Of a stretch of DNA of 64,000 bases, positions 1-12,745 are shown one piece after another. Origin of the DNA: Phoronis australis (taxonomy: Eukaryota; Animalia; Phoronida); assembly GCA_002633005.1 (NCBI GenBank), contig NMRA01000269.1, positions 186,001-250,000 of the forward strand, given 5' to 3'. Every line of letters begins with the position of its first letter. The first letter of the stretch is position 1. A program made the translations under genes and the position numbers. The notes below the pieces were generated by a model that had not been told where the DNA came from, ran no database searches, and worked only from the letters and a program-made list of their open reading frames with translations.

Positions 1-289
1 GAATTTCGGACAGCTCTACAAAGTGTTCCAAAATGCTCTCACAATTCAAATGACAATAATTTTTTATTGGGTTAGGAGCTAGATTACTGGGTTTAAGTTT
101 ACAAACCGTAGATCGAAAAAAGATGTTTAAGTACTTAAATAAATAAAATCTAACTCATGGGTCATCAACTTGGAAAGGTTCTCTTTGAACTTCCTTGATC
201 TTTTTAGTGTCCAGTAGTATTGCGCAATGGATTTTTGTTCTTCAAAACTGAATCGTTTGCTTGCATTTCCGTGCATACTACACACACGG

Positions 290-509
290 CATGCGCGCAC
301 CCAGTTTAATATTTTTGAGGATGTGAACCTTTTACGAAAGAAACAAATACGGAATACGGGGTTCGTTCGGGGCTATGAATTCTGCATATGCCGAATTCCT
401 GCCTTTTTAGTGGATATTTGTCTCGCGTTTCATGGACAGTTTGTTTATTTGAGGCGGACCTTTTTGCCCAAACGGGGGTCTCGTTCGAGCCCCCTTGGGT
501 GCGCGCATG
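290..509. mobile_element. MITE family A, copy 1 (14-bp TIR, 5-bp TSD)
   Basis: TIR CATGCGCGCACCCA (290-303) / TGGGTGCGCGCATG (496-509), flanked by the direct repeat CACGG (285-289, 510-514). A diverged second copy lies at 26017-26242. Confidence 0.8.
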
Positions 510-1403
510 CACGGAGCGCGTCATGATTGGCACACCCACTGTAAAAATAAGGTGAAACCATGCAGTAGGCCTGAGTAGAATCTCAGTTACCCACGGGAGA
601 TGAATTTGAACTCCAGACGTTGAGGAGTGTACATTTTTGGGACACACTCTATATGATTTCGCCCAACAACCAGAGACTAGACTACCGAATGTGTTTCATT
701 TAGGGATTCTTTAGAAAAAATTACTAAAGAAATATAAAGTTTTCCCGAAACTGGATCATAATAAAACAAACATTGATCTTCGACACAGAGCAGAGGAATA
801 TGTAAGAATACACTGTTGGAACCCACCTATAGCTACTTTCGGCAGGTTCCAGCTACTCGTCAGTGCGATGAACCTAAACCCAATCCTACTCTTCGTGAAA
901 CTTTGTTGGTGGATGTGCAGGAGGGGATTTGGTACAGCTATGGTGACACCCAGAGAACGGGGGGNGGGGGGGGGGGGGGTGGCGATAGCAAGGGAGTAGG
1001 TTAACGAGGTCAAATTGGTTTGTGCCCCTTCAATAATTTTTTCCTTCCTACGGGCCTGCTACAGCATATTTGTGGGTGTGTGAGAACACTCCATGTCCTC
1101 TTAAGCTCTTTGAGTCTCATTACTAAGTCAATTTTTGTCTTTGATACAATATCGAAAGTAAATTCTACGTTTAATTCCCAATATTATTGAAAATAACTAC
1201 ATGTAGGGATCTTTTCATGCAACGCCCCTAATTTATGGACTAAGTCACTAATTATTTTAACTGAATTAAGGGCTCAGTTTTCAGTTATATTATTAGAAAA
1301 TGTCATTAACGAAATAACAGCTCACAATCAAGATAAATGATAGAAAAAATACAATGCCTGTGAGTGTAGCGCAAAACAAATGCGTAAAAGATGTAGGGAA
1401 CTT

Positions 1404-2797
1404 TTTTATGGTGGAACATTTATTAAATCATCCAACCAGTACATAGTTGTGCAGCAATATGAAATCTAGTTAAGTGTACATCAAACAAATTACGAGCATT
1501 ATCGGACCCTATAAAAGCTAGTTAGGCTAAAAAGAAGACCACCTTGCCTGGAATCTCTCAAGATCCATTTTATCATTGTAAATAATTTTTTCCAGGTTGT
1601 AGTAATCACATACCTCACATAAAAATGACTGAAAATTGGGCTTAGCCTTTTGTAGTCTTTGTTTATATAAATGAAATTTCGCTAAGCAAAGAATTAAATT
1701 TACAACTTCTAATCTACAGGCTGGGTTTCCAAAAAGGCGGAAGACAAATTTAACTGCAGAGGGAAATTGCACTGATTTATCATCCATGTTTTTAAACATC
1801 CCCAAAACTTCTGAACAAGTGAACATTCCCAATACAAATGTAGAATTGTTACTTCATGTTGCTCACAGAAAGAACATAAGGACGATTCACAAACACCCAT
1901 TTTCTTTAAATAAGTGTTTGTACCAATAAGTCTGTGGTTGATACGGAATTGAAACCATCTGAGTCTGACATCAGAAGTACAATGATAAATTACAGAATGA
2001 ATTTTTTTCCAAGATTGAGTATCATCGCATATTCAAGTTAATTTCTCTCTCCCACTTCAATTCTGCAACAGGTTTTACATACAATTTAGAAATGAATAAT
2101 TCATAGATTTTCCCCGTCCCTTTATTTTTCGAAAAACCGTTATCTTACCAAAGGTAGATAAATTTCTTTTAGACCAATTTCCAATGCCTTTTCTAACCTT
2201 GTTTAATTTTACATCGTAGTTTATTAAGTGAATTATGTCCCATAAGATGACAGAGAAGGTAATTCCAAGAGATGTGAACTGGGAACTTGCCCATTTTACA
2301 TCTTTTTCACAGCAAAGCTTGTCACCACAACATATTTTAGAACCAATCCATATACAAAGAGTTTTATCGATATTGGGTGTCAAAGCAGAATACTTAGCAA
2401 ACTGATCAAGAAGGTTAAGTGACGATTTTAAAGAGGACTCTGAACCATCTAGAAAGATTACCGTGTCGTCTTCATATTGCATTAATTTATACTCTAAAGA
2501 GCCTACTTTTATGCCTTTAACATTCTCGCATTGCCTCAACATAGATGCCATAATTTCGGCACACAAAAAGATAAAGTGAAAGGGGATCCCCTTGTCTGCA
2601 ACCTCGGCAAATGTTAAATTACTTAGACGTCAAGCCATACTGAATGACCGAAAGTTGGACACTTTCATTGAGTATTGTGAACCAACGGATAATATCGTCA
2701 TCAAAATTGAAATAGTGTAGAACCTTCTTAAGAAATCCCCAGGACACAGAATCAAAGGCTTTTTCAAAATCAACTAATACCAGAAGTCCGGGAATAT
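1404..2797 (-). mobile_element. 5'-truncated, internally deleted, frameshifted non-LTR retrotransposon (L1/Tx1-like ORF2 remnant)
   Basis: Minus-strand RT motifs LVDFEKAFDSVSW, RGCRQGDPLS and QYEDDT (YADD degenerated), and a C-terminal CSFC...HLYWEC zinc knuckle. AATAAA and a short A tail lie at the 1404 end. The 15-bp TSD AGATGTAGGGAACTT is at 1389-1403 and 2798-2812. Confidence 0.92.
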
Positions 2798-2948
2798 AGA
2801 TGTAGGGAACTTAGTTGAGTCCCTATTTGAGACAGTTTCATGCAGCCGAGCACTGATTACACTCCATGATAAAACGACTGACCTAAAGGAATAAAACTCA
2901 GCTGTAATCCTCAACAGTCCTCAAATCCTTGGGACAAGATGAAATGTT

Positions 2949-3095
2949 ACTTGCAAAGTTAGCGTGTGGGACGTAGCACTTAGGGGGATTTGCCTGGCAC
3001 GTAGTGTGATGGGCCTGGCAGTTATCGTGACAGACTTGGCAGATGGCGTGAGAGACTAATGTCCGTTAGCGTGATCGACCTGGCAGTTGCTGTAT
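2949..3095. repeat. Degenerate minisatellite, about 7 units of 21-23 bp
   Basis: Units resembling RCCTGGCAGTTAGCGTGATNG recur with a period of about 21 bp. Confidence 0.55.
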
Positions 3096-3819
3096 TTAAA
3101 GTTAGAGTAAAGTTAGCCAGCCAGCTAGCTGTGTGAGGAATATCGTCAAAACACAGCTAGGTACCACTGTCTATTCAGTGCCGACAGACCTCAAAATTGC
3201 ACACAGCCAGTGTAGTTCTGCTCGTCACCTCGCCTTGAAACTTTCATTAGCATGTAGAGCTAAAGACCGGACGGGGTGCATGCAAAATCTGGGAGTCAAC
3301 CGACACTCACCTTTCCTGTTACAACTGTTTAGGTGCAATAAACGTCATTTTCTTGCGTAATTCTCCATCTTTTGTAACAATGAAAAATATGTCGTCGTGT
3401 TCAAAACGGTACACTGGTGACATGCTCACGCGCCAATTCCTATAATTTTGTGACATCTCTCGGCAGATGATGACAGCTTTGCAGCAGCAAAACTTGTTCT
3501 GAAATTCGATTTGCTGGTATCAAAACTCTAAAAACTTAAAATAAAGTAAAACCAGTTGTTGTGGCGTGTATGCAACCACTTGAAAGAACAACTGATTGAA
3601 GAATCGGCGAAAAAAGAAACTGACCAATAGGTGACGCAATATTTCATGGCGCTGAAAACCAAAGCAGCTCGCTCCACAATTTTAGCAGCAGAATAAGGGT
3701 AGAACACCAATTTTTCCAACATCGTTAAATAATTTAGATAATACCACAATACTAGCGTCAATAGGCATTTAAAACCGTGTAATAACCCATAAAGTTATCT
3801 CACTAGTGTGATAACGATT

Positions 3820-3882
3820 TGGCGGGACCCGGGACCTTGGTATTGCTGATTGCAGACTTTAACCACTACACCACGCAGCGAC
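3820..3882 (-). mobile_element. Possible degenerate tRNA-derived SINE head
   Basis: Minus strand reads GCGTGGTGTAGTGGTTAAAG...AAGGTCCCGGGTCCCG: an A-box-like motif plus a damaged B-box region. No full cloverleaf. Confidence 0.35.
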
Positions 3883-4427
3883 TGACGTCATCAACAGTGA
3901 AAATAGAATACTTAAATGAGCACGCGCAATAATCGCACGTTCAACAAACCGCATTGTACTGTACTTATACGCTACGAAAAATAAGACACATAATTTCCAT
4001 AAAAATGATATCTTAATTCAGTGAAATTTTTTCTCTCATGTCCTCTTACTTGTAAATCACCGATCTCCAGTTTGAATGCGGGTATCGTGTCGTCAGGATC
4101 TTTGACTTGAGAATTATATTCAGTTACCAGTGGTAAGCTACTTTAGCAGACGATAATTTCCCGCTCGAAGCTTAGCGTGTAAAAAACGTGTTTTAAGGTA
4201 TAATAGTTGCTTAACCTTAATTTAGAGATTCTCGTCATTTCTATTTTGTTTAAATTTCCAATTGGTTTTGAGTATAAGCATTATTTGACAAAAATAGCTC
4301 GGCTTTTCTTAAAAGGTCACGACCTCCGACCCCGGGCCTCTGACATAGAAAGTAGTTACAAAGCCGAGGCGAGTCGAGAAAGGTAGATCGATTCATTGCA
4401 ATGTTTCTCGTTTAGTATGTGGTATAA

Positions 4428-4591
4428 ATAGATTATTACATGTTCTCAGTCGTTATCCCCCTTATCTAGAGCCCTCGTGGATTTTGTAGAATTATCACCC
4501 TCGGGGCTGACGCCCCTCGAGCGATAATTCTCCAAAATCCACTCGGGCTCTAGATAACGGGGGATAACGACTTCGCCATGTAATAATCTAT
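4428..4591. repeat. 164-bp near-perfect palindrome (foldback MITE-like)
   Basis: ATAGATTATTACATG...AGTCGTTATCCCC...TTATCTAGAGCCC...GTGGATTTTG is mirrored by reverse complements ending in CATGTAATAATCTAT. Confidence 0.85.
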
Positions 4592-5028
4592 ATTTACTCA
4601 TGGAAGAGTGTAGTTTTTGATGATACTTATTTTTTGTCAGATTTTATCCGGTCAGTTTTTACCTGCAAGGCTAGGGTAAAGTCTGACACGCAGTCTAATC
4701 ACAGGCCACACTTTGTGGCAAATTAAGAACTTCTTGGAGCTGAATACTGAAATGATTTTAGCTCACAATTGAAGGTGCTAATATTAAATAACAGGCAAAA
4801 TAAATTCTGTTTGAAATAGCCAAAACAGCTTTTTAGTATCCTTGTAGTTTCAATTTGGACTGGTAATCTCAATAGTTTCAACTCTACTTTTCAATTAGAT
4901 TGTGTACCAATATTTCATTGCTTAATATTTTGTTGCTTCTCAGGATCAATTTGAATGTAGACTTTCTTTTGTTTGTGAGCAGAGCTAATCCTGTATCTAG
5001 GTATCATCGTTTATTTTTCTCCTCACAG

Positions 5029-5214
5029 GTGAGTATCGTATCAGTGTGTTGAAGCGTGGACGTCCCATCAATGGCTCTCCATTTCTGTTTTATTGCCATG
5101 CTGTGAAACCAGCTGTGGATCACACTAAGGTCATTCTGACTGGCAAGGGATTGGTGGAGGCTAAGGTCAATGAAGAGGCAGAGTTCACCATCGACGGGTC
5201 ACAGGCAGGAGAAG
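5029..5214 (+). CDS. Filamin-repeat (Ig-like) protein, internal exon; upstream exons not found in window
   Basis: cag|...|gt, phase 1-1. GEYRISVLKRGRPINGSPFLFYCHAVKPAVDHTKVILTGKGLVEAKVNEEAEFTIDGSQAGEG carries filamin repeat signatures (GSPF, V.G.GL...F.ID...AG.G). Confidence 0.88.
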
Positions 5215-5823
5215 GTGAATAATTTTACATTGGTTTATACAGTTTGTAGACCACTTGCAGGTTTCCAAACTTTGCAGAAAAGTTGGACAAATTTGACATT
5301 TTGCTGCTGTACCTCACGTAAAGTCTACAACCCTGCACATGGAAAACGAGCAATACTCAATATGCCTGCTTTCAACTACCAAGTGAGCACCACGAGTGCA
5401 AGAGAAGTAGGGCATAAATCCAACTTGTTTCATATCTCGCACAAACTGTAATTTGTTTCTGATTGACTGTGTTTGAAGAGCATAACTTTTTCCAGTCGGG
5501 TGTCAGTTATTAACAACCTGAAGAAATCACAATTACTATAAACATATACATAGATTAATTCTGTGAACAGCAACCATCAATGTGTATTTCATTTTTTGTT
5601 ACTTTTTATGTTATTCAAAACAATGACATGTCAATGGGTGTTGTAAATAAATGGATGATGATCCCTAATCCTGATCTCTAGTCCTTGAATTCTTACTATC
5701 TCTAACCAAAATTAACACCTCTCCATCATAAAATAGACCCTTGAAATTTTATCATCCTACATCAATTCTGATGAAAGTTCGTATTTCTTGCAATTACAGT
5801 TGATTTTTTCTGATTGTTTTCAG

Positions 5824-5928
5824 GTACTCCATTTGTTGTGATTAATGGTGTGAAGAAAGGCATTCCAGTGTTCACCGATGTTCTTGGTGGAGACCGATAC
5901 AGGGTGCGATACACACCGGAAATCCCAG
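5824..5928 (+). CDS. Filamin-repeat protein, internal exon
   Basis: ttttcag|...|gtaag, phase 1-1. TPFVVINGVKKGIPVFTDVLGGDRYRVRYTPEIPG matches the Y.V.YTP..PG motif. Confidence 0.88.
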
Positions 5929-7076
5929 GTAAGTTGGCGTCTTTATGTCATCTGCAGGATAAAGTAAGCTGGTCCCACCATGTTCTCACTAGACAGCTTT
6001 CTCTATAGAGATTTTCAGTAACAGGTAACATAAAATGTTACTAACTTCAACAGTCCTTGAATTCTACTACGAGATCCGTTCGTGCAGCTTTACGATGACG
6101 GCTTACTTTAATGACACCGATTATCAACTATGACCTGACGAATGTGAAGTCAGCGGTGTTATTACTGCCTCTTTATTTTGAGACTTAGGCTTAACATTTA
6201 GGTAAAATGAACAGTAGCATTGTTGCTACTCAAGAAATAGATTTGATGAAATTCACGAATTAAGATGATCACCATGCCAAACTCTGAAGATGATGAAGGA
6301 TCATCTTTACTCTCAGACGCTTTCAAGTTCGTGAACTAGCTGCCAGGCATACATCCGGAGTCTGCAGCTGTCTGTTTCTCCTAAACCCCTTGAAGGATCA
6401 TTGTAAAATTTGATAAGTGTACTCCTATGAATGCGACATTCGGTAACGATGAATTTTAAATGGATCTGACCAGAGCTTTGCCTCCTAGTGGCAATTTTCT
6501 TCAACATTTGCATGAGTATTTTTGAATTGTTCCTTGACGGATTCTTAAAGCAATGATTCAACACTAACACATTTTCGTAAGGATCCAACCCATTCTGCAC
6601 CACCTAGTGACCACGTTTTATGCTTTTGGCATCTGCCTCTATCTGTCAAACTGCTCGAAGAATTAATATGAAAAATGACAAAGAAGGGAATTTTTGACGT
6701 TAACTTTTCGACAACTCCAACTACTTTGACACCCCCCAAGTTTTAGTTTTGTTTCTTTGTATCCACCGCAGTATCTCTTAAACCACGTGTAGGATCTTTG
6801 TGTTGAATTTAGCTAGTGTATTCAGATTAACATGGCAAAAGTGACGCCAAGTTGGATTTGTTCAACTACAGTTATGCTCCCTGAAGGCAATTTTTTCGTT
6901 TTTGAGAATGCTGTGATGGATGTTCATGAAATTTCTCAAATAAATTAAGGCACAATTCCCTTGACAGGATTCTGACTTAATCACAGTGTTTTCACTTCTT
7001 ATCTAATTTCCTTTAGTCGGTGACAAACATCTGCCACTACGTTTACTCAGTGTTCATTTATTCCATTCCACATCAG

Positions 7077-7168
7077 GAGCCTACCTTCTACATATCCAGT
7101 GGTCAGACAGAGCAGTCAAGGATTCACCGTTTAAGGTCAATGTCATAGCCACGAGTGACGCTTCTTAA
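7077..7168 (+). CDS. Filamin-repeat protein, last detectable exon (possibly premature stop; may be a pseudogene or truncated paralog)
   Basis: catcag| then GAYLLHIQWSDRAVKDSPFKVNVIATSDAS*, with TAA at 7166-7168. Confidence 0.8.
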
Positions 7169-7870
7169 GTCTTGTAACTGTACATGTAACATGTGCTGGC
7201 AATTTATTTGACAAATTGGCATTGTAGGGTCCTGCTAGACATTCCATTTACTTACATGCTGTGAACATTCCCACTAAATAAGATTGGTCCTAACCCCAGT
7301 GATTAAGGTAAACGGTGGGGCATGGAAAATTGAAGTAGACCGTATTTATTCACCTTGGCTGAGACGCGCTCGGCTCATGCTCAAAGGGATGCCGCCAAGC
7401 TGCTCTAGTCATCGAGTCACGAGCGAGGATAAGTGGCTTCGCTCATGCGGATATGATCAGCTGATTACAATCTAGCTAGCAGACTCTACTTTTTATGGAG
7501 AGAGTTTTACGTAGTTTTTACTGTAATATTTGAAAAGAGGAGCGAAAACAAATATGAGTACAACTTTGAATTTTTCAAATCGGCCCAGGATAAGAGATTT
7601 TGCAACACAGCAACACTCACGATTACTTTCATTCGGAGCGCACTAATACAAAAATATAGGACCCAAGTTATTTAGATTTTGGAACACATGCATTGCAATA
7701 TTCAAAGTACGTTTATTATGAATCTTACAAGCTGTAAAACGACGTTGTTAATTTCATTGTGTTCATTCATTGTCATCCGTCAAATCGGCAATTTCCGAGA
7801 TGTGATCTGCGGCGTGCGCGTATGTGTACAAAACAAGTGATTGTTATGTTCCTGAAGTACGAAAATTAAG

Positions 7871-8458
7871 NNNNNNNNNNNNNNNNNNNNNNNNNNNNNN
7901 NNNNNNNNNNNNNNNNNNNNNNNNNNNNNNNNNNNNNNNNNNNNNNNNNNNNNNNNNNNNNNNNNNNNNNNNNNNNNNNNNNNNNNNNNNNNNNNNNNNN
8001 NNNNNNNNNNNNNNNNNNNNNNNNNNNNNNNNNNNNNNNNNNNNNNNNNNNNNNNNNNNNNNNNNNNNNNNNNNNNNNNNNNNNNNNNNNNNNNNNNNNN
8101 NNNNNNNNNNNNNNNNNNNNNNNNNNNNNNNNNNNNNNNNNNNNNNNNNNNNNNNNNNNNNNNNNNNNNNNNNNNNNNNNNNNNNNNNNNNNNNNNNNNN
8201 NNNNNNNNNNNNNNNNNNNNNNNNNNNNNNNNNNNNNNNNNNNNNNNNNNNNNNNNNNNNNNNNNNNNNNNNNNNNNNNNNNNNNNNNNNNNNNNNNNNN
8301 NNNNNNNNNNNNNNNNNNNNNNNNNNNNNNNNNNNNNNNNNNNNNNNNNNNNNNNNNNNNNNNNNNNNNNNNNNNNNNNNNNNNNNNNNNNNNNNNNNNN
8401 NNNNNNNNNNNNNNNNNNNNNNNNNNNNNNNNNNNNNNNNNNNNNNNNNNNNNNNNNN
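7871..8458. other. Assembly gap (588 N)
   Basis: Run of n. Confidence 1.
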
Positions 8459-10632
8459 CAGCTTTCCACCAAGGCTAGGTGATGCAAGACATTATTACTT
8501 GTTCTTTGTTGCATTATAGTAACTGGTCTTGGCTAATTATCATTTTATGGCCTGGTCATCCATTCAGCCCAAAGTAGTTCCAGAGGTGGCTTATCAGCCA
8601 ATTATTCACGCATGCTGACTCACAATAGAAGCCTGATAAGAGTGAAGGTGGATAAATGCGGTGTTCCTACAGTTTCTTGTTTTAGTGGATGTGTTCACGA
8701 CATGTAGTTGAATTCTGTTTTTATTGAGTTGTTCTATACATGGACGCAAGTGCGAGGGTTTGAATAGCAAATTTTGTGCTCTACTAACTATACCATGCTT
8801 TTCACATTCCATAACTTTAACGTCTGTGTGTACGGGTTCACATAAGATGTCCAGTGACATTTGGTACTGACGTCACCACATTCCTTGTTGAAATCTTAGT
8901 GTAGTTGACAAATTTTTGTAACTTTTATGTCTGTAGGTGTGAGTCAACTCTGTGAACTGTGTGGTTATCTTTCGATGCTGCTGTTACTCTACCCCATGTG
9001 AAAATGTTGGCAGTGATCACTTGTGCTCCAACACATGCCTGTACAACTGTTACAATTAATTAAACATATTAAGGCATTTAAATAGTTATTCGAAACTTGT
9101 TTATCCAGTGAAAACTTATTACTAGCATTTATAAGCAGTGCATTCAAGAAGCTTGCTTGTTCGTGTTGTGCAGTTATTTAGTTATGCATATATTTAGCTT
9201 TAGAACATGGATCATGAACTTTAAACCGGCTTGTAGAAAGGTTAGTTACCAAAATACACATTGATTTTTGCAACTGACAGAGTTTACGTTTATCTTATAC
9301 AGTTTCTGTTCAGTTGATGCTTGAGGAAACATCTTTTTTGTGTTGCGGAAACTGAAGGTCCTTTAGACTACTGCACTTGTACAGGTTCACACCCAGGGTG
9401 TTTAAATTGGGGAACTAAAAATTGTGACTGTCATTAGTCGAGCACGGACTTTCAAAAAAGTTTCAAGAGGGGGTTGGATTTTTACCTGCATGGTCAATTC
9501 CGAGACAGCTGGTTGGGAAGTAGTACGCAATAGTAACGTTAAGTATGGTAGACAACGGGTATTTTACTGGCTCCCTGTCGTAATAACTAAAAGTGTCAGT
9601 AAAACAATATTTTCTTACTTCAAGGTATGCAAATGTAGTACATTTTGGGGTCTAAAATTCATACGAAACTGGCCTCAAGACCAGAGTATTTTTTCAAAGA
9701 AATCAAGATAATATAAATTGGGGGTCCAGCATTGGCATTTTAAAGTAAACATTTGTAATGTTGATCAAGAGGTCAGCTAAACATGGAAGTTAAGCCTGAT
9801 GAATGGTTCTAAAAAATGTATCAATTCAAAGAAATGAAAGAAGGCATAAGGAAATTTGGTCAACAATTTAACAATGTGCAGTGTAAAACCATTCCTCCCC
9901 TTCATTGTTTTGGGGCGAAACTCGTTTTTTAATGTGGCGAGTAAGTGTTTCTAGAGGACTGACAAATATTCAATGATTGCTTGAACAGAAAGATTCACCA
10001 GTTAACTTTATTTTCTCCAGTTTTGTGTTCGTGATTTCTGCTTGACCTAACTATCATTGCGGGGGTCTCCATGTTTACGTTTACACATGTAGGTTGCTTT
10101 GTACTTCAGTTTCAATATAACAAACTATATTGCCATAGAATTTTGTGCATTTGTGCACTTGGATACCACACAAAATTCTGAATCTCCTGCTAAAATATGT
10201 ATCACAAGATTGATGGCTTCATCGTTTATTTACTCAAAAGCTAGAACATATTTCATCGCAGTAAAATTATAACCAATGACCTATGACTTTTTTGACAAGT
10301 CATCAAATAAAAATTCAACCTTATATCAAATAAAACTGCCAACTTCAAACACGGCGTAAGAATAAAGCGGTTCACCTGTGAGCTCCATTCCGACCACAGT
10401 ACATCCTTACAAAACGACAAGTGTTTACTTGCCTTATTTCACGATTTTATTGATTGCAAAATTTAACCAAAGCATTCCAACACTAGTCCTGTGATGTACC
10501 AAGACGAAGACATAACTTTAATAATGCTTGATATAACTCTGTAACTTCATCTTAACATACAACAGATAGACAGTAACCAAAAGCAGCAGGCACTCTCAAC
10601 AAATTTACTTCACAGGACGTCGGATACAGATC

Positions 10633-12745
10633 TTATTTGTTGGATTTCTCCGCAGCACTTTTCTTTTTCAGCATCTGTAAAAATTTTTCCATTTCTGCTA
10701 AACTATCCTTTGGAGTAGACTCTTTCTTTCCCTTCAACGATGACGGTTGTACATCTTGGGAGTCCCACTTGCCAAACATTTTCTTTTCCAGAGGATTCGT
10801 CTTTTCCGGTACTTTCTCTAATGGTGCCGAGTCGAAGCGAGACTTCCGCTTTTTTTTCTTTTCTTCTACACCAGTACCTGTATCTTCCTGTGGCAAAACA
10901 TTTCTACCGAGAGCAGTTACCTGCTGAATCTTTTCTTGTGAAGACTTTTCAGTAAACAGTGTTTTACTACTAGTCTGCAGTGGCTGAACGAGCTTGATTT
11001 TCACAACTTCTGCTGATTTCTCGGGCTGTGACACCTTCTCAGAGGTCTTTGGACCTTTCATTTTCTTTGGCGTTTTAGAACTTTTCTTTTGTGTTGCCTC
11101 TTCTTCTGAACTAGAACGTGAGGAACTTGCCGACGATGACGATGAAGATGATGACGAAGAAGAGCTTGATGACGAACTACGACTTCTACTTGTTGAAGAG
11201 TCACTGTAACTACTGCTCCTTGATTTTCGAACACTTGGCCGGTACTTGCTTTCAGAATGCTTCTTCTCCCTTTTGCTAACATACTTTGACTGACTGTATT
11301 TACTTCTATATCCACTTGAAGATGATCCATACTTCTGGCTGTACTTGTCTGCTCCAGAGTGATATTTATTCATTGCGTAATCCTGTCGTTCCTTTGATCT
11401 AGGCTTCCCTCGGGGCTCTTGCTTATCATATTGTTTCTGTTTTCTTGAATAATCATCTTTGGGATACTTTTCATCTGGTGACTTGTACTTTGACGCCATT
11501 AACGCAGTATTTTTATGTACTGGTTTGCCCTTTGAACTGTCACTTCCTGTTATCTTTCTCTGCTCATGTGTTATGAAATTTTTAATGTATTTCTTCACGT
11601 CAGTCGAGACAACACCATGAATTTTCTTTTGTGCTGACTTTTTAATATGCGATTCAAAGTGTTGTTGCTGTTTCTCCGGCTTGGATTGCTGCGTTTGTGA
11701 TGACAATTGCTTTTCATCAGAGGTGGACTTCAAATGTTCGCCACCTTTCTGATGGTACCCGGAGTCCCTTTCCAGTGGATGCGCATCTTTCTTTACAGAA
11801 CTTGGCTTTGATGTTTTATGTCGCAAAACAGCACGCGGAACCATACCTTCAGACTTTTTTACAGAAGATTTGGTGGTCACAATTTTGTCATCTTTAAAAA
11901 TGTCAAACTCTGTCTTTGATTTCGGTGGTGATTCTTCATCTTCAGACTTGACTGCCTCGTCATACTGTTCATGATACTTCTTCAGTCGTTCTTCCAGACT
12001 TTCTTCCATCAGAGACGTTGAAGGCGATTCACTCATTTCTCTCCTATCAAAATCATCCTCATGTTTGCGCCCGTGCCTCTTGGAATCTACAGAATCTCTA
12101 CGACCGCCCATCTCACTTTGTCCAATTTTGTCCCCTCTGACATCATAGGACCTTGAGCCTTCATGGTGTGAGTTTTTATAATAAGATCGTTTACTAGACG
12201 CTCTGTATTCGTCATCAGATGAATGGCTAGGATGATCTTTGCGATGTCGTCTATCTTGATGTTTTGATGATCCTCTACTATCTAACATACCTGTGGTTCG
12301 CCTTAGATCATCATAGCCAGCATCGCCATGACCCTGGTAGGCATGGCGATCCATCGCAAACTGTTCCAAGCTCCCATGTTCAGAAGACTTTCGCTCCCGA
12401 GTGTGCTTTTCTACAGCTTCTTTAGACTTGTGAACATCAGAACTAGCACTGGTATGGCTAGCGACTTGACCTAAAAGCTGCCCTAGATTAAAAGGCAGAC
12501 CCTGGTTGGACTCTGATCCCATCTTGCCAGCGAACTGCAGCAAAGCCTCAATTTTACTGGAAAGTGACGCATCAGGATCATCATTTTCTTGATGCTTTGG
12601 CGACACCTCTAGACCAGGAATGGAAACTACTGAACTCGATGGTTCATGGCCAACTCCCCGGTGACGTTTTGATGCCGATTCCAAACCTGCTTCAATGTCA
12701 AGTCTTTTATGGTCACTTGATTGCTTTCTTTTCTTGTGTTTTCCT
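10633..12745 (-). CDS. TTC14: TTC14 terminal coding exon (low-complexity S/K/R-rich tail)
   Basis: atttgcag| acceptor is in frame with the 683-aa ORF; stop TAA at 10635-10633. Confidence 0.9.

Noticed and set aside
820-870. Minus-strand CTGACGA...GAAA hammerhead-like match (a similar one lies at 27275-27310)
   Set aside because: Stem I cannot form, and stem II or the core is broken.
2949-3095. CRISPR-like periodic repeat
   Set aside because: Eukaryotic context, degenerate contiguous units with no unique spacers, and no cas genes. It is a minisatellite.
3820-3882. Functional tRNA gene
   Set aside because: No intact T-arm/B box or acceptor stem; at most a SINE remnant.
7780-8519. Long ORFs of 231-244 aa
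   Set aside because: They are artefacts of translating through the N gap.
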